Below are positions 44,001 to 56,600 of a stretch of DNA of 64,000 nucleotides, piece by piece. The position numbers and the translations under genes are program-made. Each line of letters opens with the position of its first letter. The stretch's first letter is position 1. The notes under the pieces were generated by a model. The model was given only the letters and a program-made list of their open reading frames with translations, was not told where the DNA came from and ran no database searches. This DNA is from Phoronis australis (taxonomy: Eukaryota; Animalia; Phoronida): assembly GCA_002633005.1 (NCBI GenBank), contig NMRA01000067.1:1057553-1121552 (forward strand), in the 5' to 3' direction.

Positions 44001-46903
44001 ACCTCGTCTTGCTAGAAATCTGACTTATGTAAAAAATAATTTTTGACTTTAGACCACTTACTGAAGTTGATACCACACTTGTTGCCTACTCATAGAGGTG
44101 ATCTCTGAGCTTGGAAAGAAATGAAAACATTTGTACTATAGTTTGAGACCAGGCTCAACAAATACATAATGTAACATGGCTTTATAACTGCGTGAGCTTC
44201 AAAAATCTAGTCAAAATCTCATCATTGCCATGATTTTGTCAGAGTTATCTGTAAACTGAGAAATTATTAACAGAATTTCACCAATTTTCCAACGAGACAT
44301 GGTTGTCAAACATTAGAAACTAGAGTAATGTACGTAACAGTGTATACCTCCCACATGGCCTTTATATATTCCCTTTGATCAGCGTACACACCCTCCTCCC
44401 ATTCCTGTAGCTCTAGGAGGTAAGCCTCTTGTTCCTTACGTCTCTCCAAGATGTGCTGACGCCGAAGCTCCTTCTCGCGTTCTCGTTCTTCAAGGCGTAA
44501 CTGGTTGAGCAACGCGGATGAACTGTGAGGCGCAAGGCTGCGGCCACTGCGTCGACGGTAACCTGAAGTGAGGGGAGCACTACCAGTAATATTTCCAAGA
44601 GACCACAGACTCCATCCATAAAGCAATGGAATATGCCATTTTTCCAGAAACTTACGTGCATGAGATTCCAACATCATTTAAGATGGTAAAGATATTTAAC
44701 TCCCACTTATTAGACTTAACAACACAGTGCTAATAATCACCATCAACCTTCATTACAATAGGGACTCCAACCACTAACTCTGAACTGTGTGGGTCAAATA
44801 CAGGTCAGCTGGTAATACTGGGGAATCATAGTGAAACTCCCATCAGTTAGATGCAACCGGACCAACAGATTTTATAGTAGGAGTCAGGCCAATCCAACTT
44901 ATGTGAAGGCCCAACGGCAGAAATTAGCATAATTGTAGTGGGTAACTTTATCAGAGTTAATTGGGAAGACAACTTAATACATATACGTCCACCATCGGCG
45001 AATTTTACTGCATACCTTTCACGGTGGTTGTCATTTTGTTATATGTGAAACTCATCAGTAAGTTGATTTATAGGCAAAATCCTCGGTACTTACTTAACAG
45101 TACAAGATTTCTTTTCAGATTGTCATACTATTCTAATTCTTTTACAACAACACAAGCCAAAAACAGCTGCTTATCTAGAAAGTGCAGCTAAACACTGAGT
45201 AAAACTATGTAAACAACATTTACAGTTCAATAAAAATACCTTCTGGTTCTGCTGATGGCTTTCCAGATGTAGCCTCAATGCTGGTTTTTTCTCGCAGTTC
45301 CCTAAAAACAGATTTTCAAACGAACTTACTTTAACGCTCATTAAACTAGTTTGAAAATGAAGCGCAACAACTGTAAGGCAACAGAATACCTCAATTACCA
45401 AGGGTTATGTTTCTCAAACTATTCATTAAAATACTGATCATGAGGAACCAGACAACATATTCTTCAAATCGCTGATGATCACAAAAATGTTTTTGGTATT
45501 CACTGAGATTGGCCTAACTTCCACAGTCCGTCAATACTTTAAGTGACTGAGAACACCATATGCTATATTGTATATGCTACAAAAGTCTTGTTTTCTGTCA
45601 AGACACTTCAGCTTGACAACTTGACTGTCTCAAAGTCTTCTGTAATTTCACATAACGCTCAACTCATTTTACTACCAAGATCTCGAGTTTAAGAAAACTA
45701 ATAAGGAACCACGCAATGCACTTTAACACTGCTGACTTTGAAATTATTCCGACCAACTCTTGAAGAAGTAGTTAAATTAACCTTGAAAGCAATGCCAGTT
45801 TTTGTTCTAGAACAATTTCTAGTTTCTGCCCACGCTTTGAAACAACGTGATCTGGACCGTTATAACGATAACAGTTCTCCACCATGAGTCGAATATCCCC
45901 AACAAGCTGTGTGATAGTCTCGTACTCTTCACCAAAAAACTTGTCCTTCACTGAAAAGGAAAAGAAACCAATGTGGCAATTAATGGAAGATCTGCTACCA
46001 AGGCAAGCACACGTGTGTTCCATCAAATAAGCAAAATTTTGATTCAGCTGATCACTCAGTGTTATAAACTTGGCCTCTCATGGCGACCATGCTTGGCACA
46101 TGACCTCATGTGGTAAGCCAAATTGTAGAGCTTGGTCTGATGGCTCAATGAACTGTCAGTTGTTTTCGAAGCCCGAAAGCACCTCTAATTAGACTACGGA
46201 ACGATTCAAGACCAATTTCATCAATGTTAACAGTTTGATCCAAAAGTTGTTTTTTTGTAATGGAAGACATTTAATAGCTACTTTCGATTTTGAAGGAAAA
46301 ACACATCATAAGATTAAAAAAACTAACAAAAGAACAAATATCGAATTACCGTACAAAATAATAGAGTTAAATAATTAGGTCATTATGCAAATAAAGGGAA
46401 TTCCGAGGGAATGCCCATCTCAACATGCACCAAACTTTTTCGTAAAACATGCGAGAGAATTTGAAAAACATCAGTTTTATTTGCTTGGCACCTGCTCTAT
46501 AGATATTCAATCAATGCTTACTTTTCTTGAGCCACATGGGCTGTTTTATTTTTTCCGTGTAGTCTCCCAGTTCTTCAGTGTCAATGGGGTCCAAAAATGG
46601 CCAATTCACAGACTTGTTTTGGTCGGACATTATCTCTTTTAGAATTCTGTAACCTTGTTGTAACTCGTAGGTCGGCAGCGGTGGGCTTTTTTGAACACGC
46701 TTGTTTTCTTCCATGTCGTTGTCGGCAACTTGTGTATCGGGTGAACTTGGATCAGCTGATTGTGGTGTTTCCCCGTTTTCAACCACCGGTTCAACAGTTG
46801 GCAGAGACGAACTGGAGAGTTCAGCTGAATCGACATCGCGCCCTGCAACGTCGACGTTAGTCTCAAATTCGACGATGCTGCTTTGCTCTGTATCATCTGC
46901 CAT
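26053..46903 (-). CDS. BRD10: KIAA2026/BRD10 orthologue (N-terminal bromodomain, conserved KIAA2026 core, long Q/S/T/P-rich tail), 18 coding exons
   Basis: Motifs recognised from KIAA2026: YELQQGYRIL, GQKLEIVLEQKLALLSR-ELREKT, MWELPQIGHFL, YQRVWIVKGLCD and YLHFPQFCGADLRIY. Phase-consistent GT-AG exons: 46903-46522, 45950-45782, 45301-45240, 44562-44348, 43980-43820, 43113-43005, 42055-41918, 41093-40902, 39819-39679, 37512-36247, 35766-35611, 35013-34897, 34025-33855, 33635-32345, 30230-30103, 29804-29597, 28397-28207, 27588-26053. The 3' exons are less certain. Confidence 0.9.
27758..27845 (-). mobile_element. tRNA-derived SINE head / tRNA-like remnant (intronic)
   Basis: Minus strand cacgtgacctaatg...gcagaaggtcctgGGTTGGAGTCTcggtcggggcc carries degenerate A-box and B-box. 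Confidence 0.5.
31062..31204 (+). mobile_element. 5' end of a family-A HINE, truncated at a single-N join
   Basis: ACAAGAGCAACGCGGAGCGTTGAAATGCGCCCAC is nearly identical to 14053-14086. Confidence 0.8.
34612..34829. mobile_element. MITE-like element with ~50-bp terminal inverted repeats; related partial copy at ~41260-41402
   Basis: acaatacaaaag..tcagacaaaata..ttcctgtcatgacggc pairs with gctgccatgacagggaa..ttttgtctgaaaactttt..gtattgt. The segment ctga.gatgaattc.g.ttctgc..agctgccatgac recurs at ~41318. Confidence 0.65.
35981..36160 (+). mobile_element. tRNA-derived SINE
   Basis: A-box TGGCCTAGTGG and B-box GGTTCGAGTCC at tRNA spacing, followed by a non-tRNA body (cccttgagtcagg...). No complete cloverleaf. 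Confidence 0.75.
38170..39410 (+). mobile_element. Degenerate family-A HINE copy (intronic)
   Basis: Same internal units as 14053-15320 (aaaattgccacta, aaagatccc..g...ttttggagataca, atgccgtcccatcca) and 3' end catatgtggtgcataa. Confidence 0.7.
40010..40350 (+). mobile_element. 3' remnant of a CR1/L2-like LINE
   Basis: KLYIETGRR...EKICGICNTGQIENEIIFIHHCP is the typical LINE C-terminal Cys/His motif, similar to the 3' end of the element at 2780-4110. Confidence 0.75.
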
Positions 46904-47658
46904 GTTACCAAATAACATCAAGTTTTACTCCGTCTCCGAATAATCAAAAATAACTAGTTTTCCAAAAAAGTTCAAAAACGTCACGGAACTTCAAAAAAGG
47001 GAATCCCAAACCCATTGTCACATTTTGCAATTAACTCGACAAAAGCAAATGAAATTTCGGCACGAGCTAACAGGCTTCAATTTTTTTTTACGAGCCAGTT
47101 CATTTCAGAATCCAAATCACAACTCAAATGCCGTCTCATTGAAAATAAATACAACACCAAATCCATCTCGTACATTCGTGAAACATCGCACCTGAATAAA
47201 GACGAAACATGACCAATTCACACGCTTGCACCATGCTCGAATTACTGCGCTAAAAGTTATTTTCAATATTTTTACATTATAAGTGAAGAACAAAAACACG
47301 TTTGTTCGATGCAACACAATAATATATCATATTTATGGCACAAATGTCAATAACCTGGCCAAATGACTTGAAACGGACTCTAAATTGTGGAGTATTTTGC
47401 TTATCGCCTTATCATATGCAAATTAGAGTGACTCGTTTATGTGTGACGTCAGATCATAGAAGCAAAGTATTTTTTTATTTCATTATAACTTGAAATATAT
47501 TTCATAATTGAAATTTCCATTTCATGTATAAGTTTAGAACAGCTTTTAAATTAATGGGAAAAATTCAGTAGTTTCTGATATTGCTCTCCGTGAGAGGGCA
47601 TAATCATCGATTACTTCCGGTTTTGAACTTTGAGAAGTTTTGACAACTTTTGGATGCT
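46904..47658. promoter_or_regulatory. Head-to-head (bidirectional) promoter region between BRD10 and TMED
   Basis: The two ATGs are 755 bp apart and divergent. The region has an octamer ATGCAAAT at 47416-47423, a CRE TGACGTCA at 47444-47451 and an ETS ACTTCCGG at 47613-47620. Confidence 0.6.
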
Positions 47659-50600
47659 ATGGAACGCTTTAAAACAAGCTTCCTTTTATCCATACTTTCA
47701 ATAGTTTTGGGTGTTGTGCTATCAGATACTGATCTTACTATAGAAATACCTACAGGAGCTGAAGAATGTCTTTTTCAGCCAACAAAGAAAGCTGGCGTTT
47801 TGGAAGTTGAATATCAAGTGAGTTGTTACTGCTACTAGTCCTAGTACTACTAGTACTAGTGAGACGTTATTTGACCTGTCTCACTGATGCGCTGGCCTTC
47901 TGCCGCGCGCATCCTCTGTCAGCATCAAAAAACGACTGCTGTTTGTCTTGGAGACTGCCGACGTTGGCTGTCCTTGAGGGCGCTACATAAATATTCTGCC
48001 GTCCTAGACTAGGGCCTAGTTGGCCCCAGTTGAGATGTAAGCTTTTCGGCGAATTATGCCTGACGCTGATTAAAACATCAAAGTCACATTGTTATAAATG
48101 CCTTTTGTGCATAGAGGGACACTTTAGCCAGTTTTAGGAGGCTGTCAATGTCTGTCGTAATAGCTGGGATTACCCGACCTTGGGAATCGAACCAGCGACC
48201 CCAGTTTAACCGGCTCATATATGATTCACCGGAAGCACGTTTCACAACATTCCCCCCTTTCCTATGAACAAGTACGCCACCTGGCAGGTGAACACAGGAT
48301 TCTACTCCTGGAACATCACAGGGTTTTACTCCTGGACTACGTCACAAGATTTTATTCTTGGATTTTTACCTCATCAGGATAGCCGCCTGACGGATGAATC
48401 CCAAGATTGTCTCGCATTAAGGTCCTCGACTCCTGGTCTAAGCTCACCATCAAGCATGCTGTCTGAGGTTCGAGGGTCTGTGTAGTGCTTCATCACAATA
48501 TCATCCATTTGCCGACTACGCCAATTGTCGTAATAACCAACATTAGCCAATTTCAGGAATCGCAACCAGTGACCCCGATTTAACCGGCGAGCGTGCTAAC
48601 CATTCAGTTAATAGGCAAATGCCTGTTAGCGTGTGACTAACAAAGGGTCGTATATGATTCACCGGAAGCACTTTTCACAACATGTTTAAATCATTCAAAT
48701 ACTCATGTAACCAAACTTTTTCTTCGAGCAGTCCTTTGTTCAGACAGTTGCCTGAATTCTTCCAACTCAATTTGTTCAGTTGCCCAAATCGGCAACTGGC
48801 CATTTTTAACAGACTGCGCGGGCCCCTGGAGTACTTGAAAGAAGAGTAGTCGTAAAATTGTTACAGAAGTATTTGCTCAAGCTGAAAGGATTTGAAGACA
48901 TTTACAACTGATGAAAGTGTTTTTCTATGCTCAAAAGTTACTTATTACAACGTGACTTCGAAAAGTGTACTAAATTGAATTTAATTTGTAATCGAAATCA
49001 CATTCAGAAAAATGTGTGTGGTTGAAAAACCCATCCAATCTGGCCTGCTTTTAGACAGTGACTACCATCTCTAGCTGACTAGAGACGGTGTTGCTTCATA
49101 AGCCGGAACCTTTTCGGCGAATTATGACTCATAGTGTCTAAAGCATCAAAGTCGCATTGTCATAAATAACTTTTGCTCATAGAGGGACACTTCAGGGGAT
49201 ATGACGTCATACCACCTGCCACGCACAGTGTTAAAACTCGCGAGTTTCTGATTTTGAGAACTGAATGACAGAATGCTCGAAGAAAAAGTTTGATAACGGG
49301 AGTTTTTATTCGAGTTGAAAAGCATTAAATACATCGACAGTCTCCTAAGGTGTCCCTCTATGCATAAAATGTATTTATAACAACATGATTTTGACGTTTT
49401 AGTTAGTGTGAGGCATAATTTGAAGTTACTCGACTAAAGAGCTGCGAGGTATTATGAGTTTAAATTTTGTTCGTTTTGTTTGTTTATAATTGTACAGTTT
49501 GGAATTAATGTCATTTTTACGATGTGCAATGTGATTTCAGGTAATTGATGGAGGTGACCTTGACATCAGCTTCACAGTGTCGACACCAAGTGGTGTAGTT
49601 TTATTACAAGAACACCGTCAAAGTGATGGTGTACACAAGTAAGTCTGTAATCTTGTTAAGGCTTGTGTTTGGTGCATGTTTAAATTTGGCTGTTCCATTA
49701 GTATTGCACGGGTGTCCGAAACAACTCTGTCATTGAAAGGATCTCAAAAAGAAAATGGAGATGAAGAGCCCACATCCCATCCATAGCTTGCTATGTCCTC
49801 TAACAGGCAGTGGGCTTTGTGCAAGGCAGAAATACAGTCGAGTGTCTTATTTCCTTATTTGGAAACTCGCATAAATTGACTTTGATTGGTGTCGCATCAA
49901 TACTGAGCACTTACTACGAACTAACGCAGACTGAGATTGTACGTTGCTGGTACTTAGCAGACATCATCGTGGAATTAAAAGTGAAAGAGATTATTGTGAC
50001 GGTGGGACCAAACTGTTCCTCGTTGAGAGGTGACCTGGGTGAGTCTCAGTCACTAAGTTACTCGATGCCATTGACCAATCATGAGTCAGAATAGATCGGA
50101 GCCATCTTGTCTCTGCTCTAGTTCTAGAGTCCTGTCCACATTGTTCAGGTGCATGGGTTTCAACTGTTATAGGCTATCAAATAGCTCAGTTGTACAGTCA
50201 ACAAGCATGGGTATAGAAATGCACTAGACCAAGGACACGGACCAGTGAAATTTGGCCTGTGTCTAGTGCAACTTTTGAGCTGACTAGACCGACACTTAAG
50301 TCGCATATTTTGCCGTGCACACATGCTAGATCGAAATGTATCATCCAAGGTGTACGGATGGACCAGCTTCATCTGTGGGCCTTCAGTTGTGACCAGTGGC
50401 ATGAAAAAGCGGGACTAGTAGATTACTTTTTTACTGGTCCTAACCAATGAGGTCCAAAAGTATTTGTATACCCCTGAACCACTACTGTTTCTATTGTCGT
50501 CCTCCTGTGACGTGATTCTCCCTTTTACTGCCAAGGTCATCTATGAATAAAATAATAGCAAATCTAATTAATTCCAATAGTTGTTCCTGCCTGAATGGAA

Positions 50601-53600
50601 CAAAACCTTATAAGAAAATATGGCCTTACCTGTGGGCAAAATAAATATAATTGAGTCTGAAAATTATGTCAAATCACTGGGTGTAACATTAGATAATTTA
50701 TATTGTCTGTCAAATAACATGTTGAGATTTGATGCAGGAATACATCCAGACAAAATTAGTGATTGCTAAGCAAACCGGATGATTATATTGACTTGAATTG
50801 TATGCATGGTCTATTCACAATTCATTTATCTTGTCAAATTTTTATTTTTTGTCCACTAGTGTGATATTTTTTGAGCAGGATTATTACTGAAAGAAAGTCA
50901 TTTACAATGACTTCACTAGCTTGTTTTCTGGAGAGAAAATCTCCCAACACTCGAAGTTGACAGGCTTCGCAAATTTGTGCTGGTCTTAAAAACATGCATA
51001 GTCTATCATGTGATAAGGGGATGTCCTCTTTTGACTTCAAAGGCACTGGCTTTAATTTACATGCCAAACAATATTGGACTATTAGTAAGTACTGGTAAGC
51101 GACAAGACAGTGATCAGAATAAGTCTAAACCATATGAGTGACCTAACATTTCTGTTGAGTGAGCTCTCACCATGAGTCTGTTTGATGCGAATAGATTCAT
51201 GGATACACTGTTTGAACGTGTTAGGGTCTTTGCCTAGTGTCTTAACTCCAGAAAAGCCAATTTCATGACCAGTTAACATTGAGTGAATAACTAGGATCAT
51301 GAATCATGTCTTAATTACCATTTTCAACTTTCTCTGGAACACAGTCAATTTAATATGATGAAACAGTCTCCCAGAAGACCTCAGGGAGTGTGCTGGTCTT
51401 AAAGTCTTCAAGTCACTTCTGAGGGACTGTACCACCATATACTCTGCTTTTTGGTTTGGTTTCCTTCATTATATGTGTTTTTAAGTATTGAATTATTTAT
51501 TTATTTTGCTCGTTGTTATACAAAATCAATGGCGCTTGTAATGTTTTTAAAACTTTAAATAACTATTGACTTGACTGTATTCTTGACAAAATATTCCTTA
51601 TTGCTGTTTGTTAGAGAATTTGCCAAGTCACTTACAAGAATCGTGAATTGATAATATGCATGAGTTTTTTTACTATAAAAAATGCTGCTCGTCTCTTGAT
51701 GATTTAAACATTTTGTACCGTTATCAAAAAAAATGTGTTCATTAAGTAATTCACAATTATCTTAAATATTTTATTTCAGATTCAACATACAAGAACAAGG
51801 GGACTATAAGATCTGTCTCGACAACTCGTATAGCAACTTTTACAATAAAATAGTCTTCCTTGAAGTGTCAACAGATGATGAAGAGGAGAAAAAACCTGTA
51901 AGTAACTCAAGCCAGGCATGCTGTCTGCTCAGCGTGAGGGGACAGTAGCCAAGTTTCCAGATACAATGAGTATTTTGCAATTGTTCTCACTATGCCACAC
52001 AGCTGTCAGGCATTTCACCTACTAAGTGTATTCTGCTTGTCGTTTTTTATGGTAGAAATCTACTAGACAGGTGCACATGAAGTGTGCTGGTGACTGCAGA
52101 GAGGCTGGACAAGTGTTGTCCTTTGTCCAGGTTATGAGTACTGTTCATCTGTTGTCCAACTCAATTAAAGTTTGTGAAATTTCTTGTGAAACTGTAAAGG
52201 TAAAAATTCAGTAGTTCAGTCATACTTTGGCCAATAGTTCAGCCCAGAGATTTACTGGACACCCTTTTAATCAATGCACGGGAGATCTATATTTCACCTC
52301 CGCCCATCCCATCTATAGTGTTGCAGAATATTTCATCAGTATGTTACCCGAAGTAATGAACTGATTTTGCTGATTTGTGAGTTCACCAAGGGGTCAAAAG
52401 CGTGACCCAAACTTGCATTGTGATTTATGCTTATTCGCTCTTTACAAATAAGCAGGTCAGTGATCTGAGGGGTTGGTGCATCTCCTTTGATTATAATTTG
52501 GTGTTGGTTTAGTTTCACTTCTTGTTAATGTTGACGGTTTTATATTTCCACAGGACGATTCATTATGGGAAACACTAGAAAAAGATGAGCTAGTTGATAT
52601 GAAAATCGAAGACTTCAGGGTAAGGTGTGAAGATTGTCTGGAATTCTGAAAATTTACCCATAACTATTAGTTAGTGACACAGATAATTTCTATAAATTAT
52701 CCCTAGACTTTCATGCCCTCATAACTGCTTGGTTAAACCTTTTTTTCCCAATTGAGAAATGGGGGTGTGTCTTGAGTCACTTTCATGAAACGTACCCCTG
52801 GAATAACTCAAATTAGCAGCAACTAATCTTCCCATTTTTTGATCACATGTTATTCAGAACACCCAGCTTACTGTCATTAGAAGACCAAAGCAACGGCTTC
52901 CTCTACAAAACTTGTAGCAGAACAATGGACTGCTTCTTGGGACTTTGGCTGTCTTATTATGCGCCCACATATTTATATGTGGACACATGCCGTCATCTCC
53001 GTCTGTCCGCCTGGCATCCGCTGCTCTATCTCCAAAACACCTTGACGTATGTTCAGGAAATTTTGCACATTTGTTCCTTCCATGGACGGGATGGCATGAG
53101 TGAACGTTTGGATGGATCCAGTTACCGGTGTGCCCCCTAGTGGCAATTTTAGTTTTTTACGTTTACCTCTGTATCTTCAAAAGTCCTGAACGGATTTTCG
53201 TAAAATTTGGTATATAGGCACCTATTAGAGAGATGATGCTGTCCTCCCGTTTTTGGATGGATTCAGTTTAGTTTGTGCCATCTAGTGGCCTCTTTTACTG
53301 TTTTCGATTCTGTTTTTTTGCGTCCACTCCTCTATCAACCAAACCGCTCAAAGAATGATTGTGAAAATTGGTATGTATGTTCTTACTATGAATTGGACGG
53401 CTGACGATGATTTTTTGANNNNNNNNNNNNNNNNNNNNNNNNNNNNNNNNNNNNNNNNNNNNNNNNNNNNNNNNNNNNNNNNNNNNNNNNNNNNNNNNNN
53501 NNNNNNNNNNNNNNNNNNNNNNNNNNNNNNNNNNNNNNNNNNNNNNNNNNNNNNNNNNNNNNNNNNNNNNNNNNNNNNNNNNNNNNNNNNNNNNNNNNNN

Positions 53601-56600
53601 NNNNNNNNNNNNNNNNNNNNNNNNNNNNNNNNNNNNNNNNNNNNNNNNNNNNNNNNNNNNNNNNNNNNNNNNNNNNNNNNNNNNNNNNNNNNNNNNNNNN
53701 NNNNNNNNNNNNNNNNNNNNNNNNNNNNNNNNNNNNNNNNNNNNNNNNNNNNNNNNNNNNNNNNNNNNNNNNNNNNNNNNNNNNNNNNNNNNNNNNNNNN
53801 NNNNNNNNNNNNNNNNNNNNNNNNNNNNNNNNNNNNNNNNNNNNNNNNNNNNNNNNNNNNNNNNNNNNNNNNNNNNNNNNNNNNNNNNNNNNNNNNNNNN
53901 NNNNNNNNNNNNNNNNNNNNNNNNNNNNNNNNNNNNNNNNNNNNNNNNNNNNNNNNNNNNNNNNNNNNNNNNNNNNNNNNNNNNNNNNNNNNNNNNNNNN
54001 NNNNNNNNNNNNNNNNNNNNNNNNNNNNNNNNNNNNNNNNNNNNNNNNNNNNNNNNNNNNNNNNNNNNNNNNNNNNNNNNNNNNNNNNNNNNNNNNNNNN
54101 NNNNNNNNNNNNNNNNNNNNNNNNNNNNNNNNNNNNNNNNNNNNNNNNNNNNNNNNNNNNNNNNNNNNNNNNNNNNNNNNNNNNNNNNNNNNNNNNNNNN
54201 NNNNNNNNNNNNNNNNNNNNNNNNNNNNNNNNNNNNNNNNNNNNNNNNNNNNNNNNNNNNNNNNNNNNNNNNNNNNNNNNNNNNNNNNNNNNNNNNNNNN
54301 NNNNNNNNNNNNNNNNNNNNNNNNNNNNNNNNCCATAACACCAAGTGAACATCACAATGTCATTAACTGACAATACATCCATAACACCAAGTGAACATCA
54401 CAATGTCATTAACTGACAATACATCCATAACACCAAGTGAACATCACAATGTCATTAACCAACAATACATCCATAACACCAAGTGAACATCACAATGTCA
54501 TTAACCAACAATACATCCATAACACCAAGTGAACATCACAATGCGTGATTAGTAAGTACTGGTAAGCGACAAGACAGCGATCAGAATAACTCTAAACCAT
54601 ATGAGTGACCTAACATTTCTGTTGAGTGAGCTCTCATCATGAGTCTGTTTGATGCGAATAGATTCATGGATACACTGTTTGAATGTGTTAGGGTCTTTGC
54701 CTAGTGTCTTAACTCCAGAAAAGCCAATTTCATGACCAGTTAACATTGAGTGAATAAATAGGATTAGGATTATGTCTCAATTACCATTTTCAACTTTCTC
54801 TGGAACACAGTCAATTTAATATGATGAAACAGTCTCCCAGCAGACCTCAGGGAGTGTGCTGGTCTTAAAGTCTTCAAGTCACTTCTGAGGGACTGTACCA
54901 CCATATACTCTGCTTTTTGGTTTGGTTTTCTTCATTATATGTGTTTTTAAGTATTGAATTATTTATTTATTTTGCTCTTTGTTATACAAAATCAATGGCG
55001 CATGTAATGTTTTTAAAACTTTAGATAACTATTGATATGACTGGATTCTTGACAAAATATTCTTTATTGTTGTTTGTTAGAGAATTTGCCAAGTCACTCA
55101 CAAGAATCTTGAATTGATATTAAGTATGAGTTTTTTTACTATAAAAAGTGCTGCTCGTCTTTTGACGATTTAAACATTGTGTACCGTTATCAAAAAAAAA
55201 ATGTGTTCAAGTAATTCACAATTATCTTAAATATTTTACTTCAGATTCAACATACAAGAACAAGGGGACTACAAGATCTGCCTCGACAACTCGTATAGCA
55301 ACTTTTACAATAAAATAGTCTTCCTTGAAGTGTCAACGGATGATGAAGAGGAGAAAAAACCTGTAAGTAACTCAAGCCAGGAATGCTGTCTGCTCAGCGT
55401 GAGGGGACAATGACCCAGTTTCCAGATACAATGAGTATTTTGCAATTGTTCCCGCAATGCCACACAGCTGTCGGGCATTTCACCTAAGTGTATTCTGCTT
55501 GTCGTTTTTTATGGTAAAAATCTACTGGACAGGTGCACATGAAGTGCGCTGGTGACTGCAGAGAGGTTGGACAAGTGTTGTCCTTTGTCCAGGTTATGAG
55601 TACTGTTCATCTGTTGTCCAACTCAATTAAAGTTTGTGAAATTTCTTGTGAAACTGTAACGGTAAAAATTCAGTAGTTCAGTCATACTTTGGCCAATAGT
55701 TCAGCTCTGAGATTTACTTGACACCATTTTAGTCAGCTAAATGCACGGGAGATTTATATTTCACCTCTGCCCTTCCCATCTATACTGTTGCAGAATTTTT
55801 CATCAGTATGTTACCCAAAGTAGTGAACTGATTTTGCTGATTTGAGAGTTCACCAAGGGGTCAAAAGCGTGACCTAAACTTGCATTGGGGTTTATGCTTA
55901 TTTGCTCTTTACAAATAAGCAGGTCAGTGATCTGAGGGGTTGGTGCATCTCCTCTGATTATAATTTGGTGTTGGTTTAGTTTCACTTCTTGTTAATGTTG
56001 ACTGTTTTATATTTCCACAGGACGATTCATTATGGGAAACACTAGAAAAAGATGAGCTAGTTGATATGAAAATCGAAGACTTCAGGGTAAGGTGTAAAGA
56101 TTGTCTGGAATTCTGAAAATTTACCCATAACTATTAGTTAGTGACACAGATAATTTCTATAAATTATCCCTAGACTTTCATGCCCTCATAACTGCTTGGT
56201 TAAACCTTTTTTTCCCAATTAAGAAGTGGGGGTGTGTCTTGAGTCACTTTCATGAAACGTACCCCTGGAATAACTCAAATTAGCAGCAACTAATCTTCCC
56301 ATTTTTTTATCACATGTTATTCAGAACACCCAGCTTACTGTCATTAGAAGACCAAAGCAACGGCTTCCTCTACAAAACTTGTAGCAGAACAATGGAACTT
56401 CTTCTTGGGACTTTGGCTGTCTTATTATGCGCCCACATATTTATATGTGGACACATGCCGTCATCTCCGTCTGTCCGCCTGGCATCCGCTGTTCTATCTC
56501 CAAAACACCTTGACGTATGTTCAGGAAATTTTGCACATTTGTTCCTTCCATGGACGGGATGGCATGAGTGAACGTTTGGATGGATCCAGTTACCGGTGTG

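Noticed and set aside
53295-54382. 316-349-aa ORFs across the second gap
   Set aside because: Artefacts of N translation.
54333-54543. Regularly spaced repeats as a CRISPR array
   Set aside because: The units are head-to-tail with no unique spacers, there are no cas genes and the context is eukaryotic.
55245-56086. A second TMED paralogue or mutually exclusive exons
   Set aside because: There is no second exon 1, 2 or 5, the encoded protein is identical, and the copies flank a gap.
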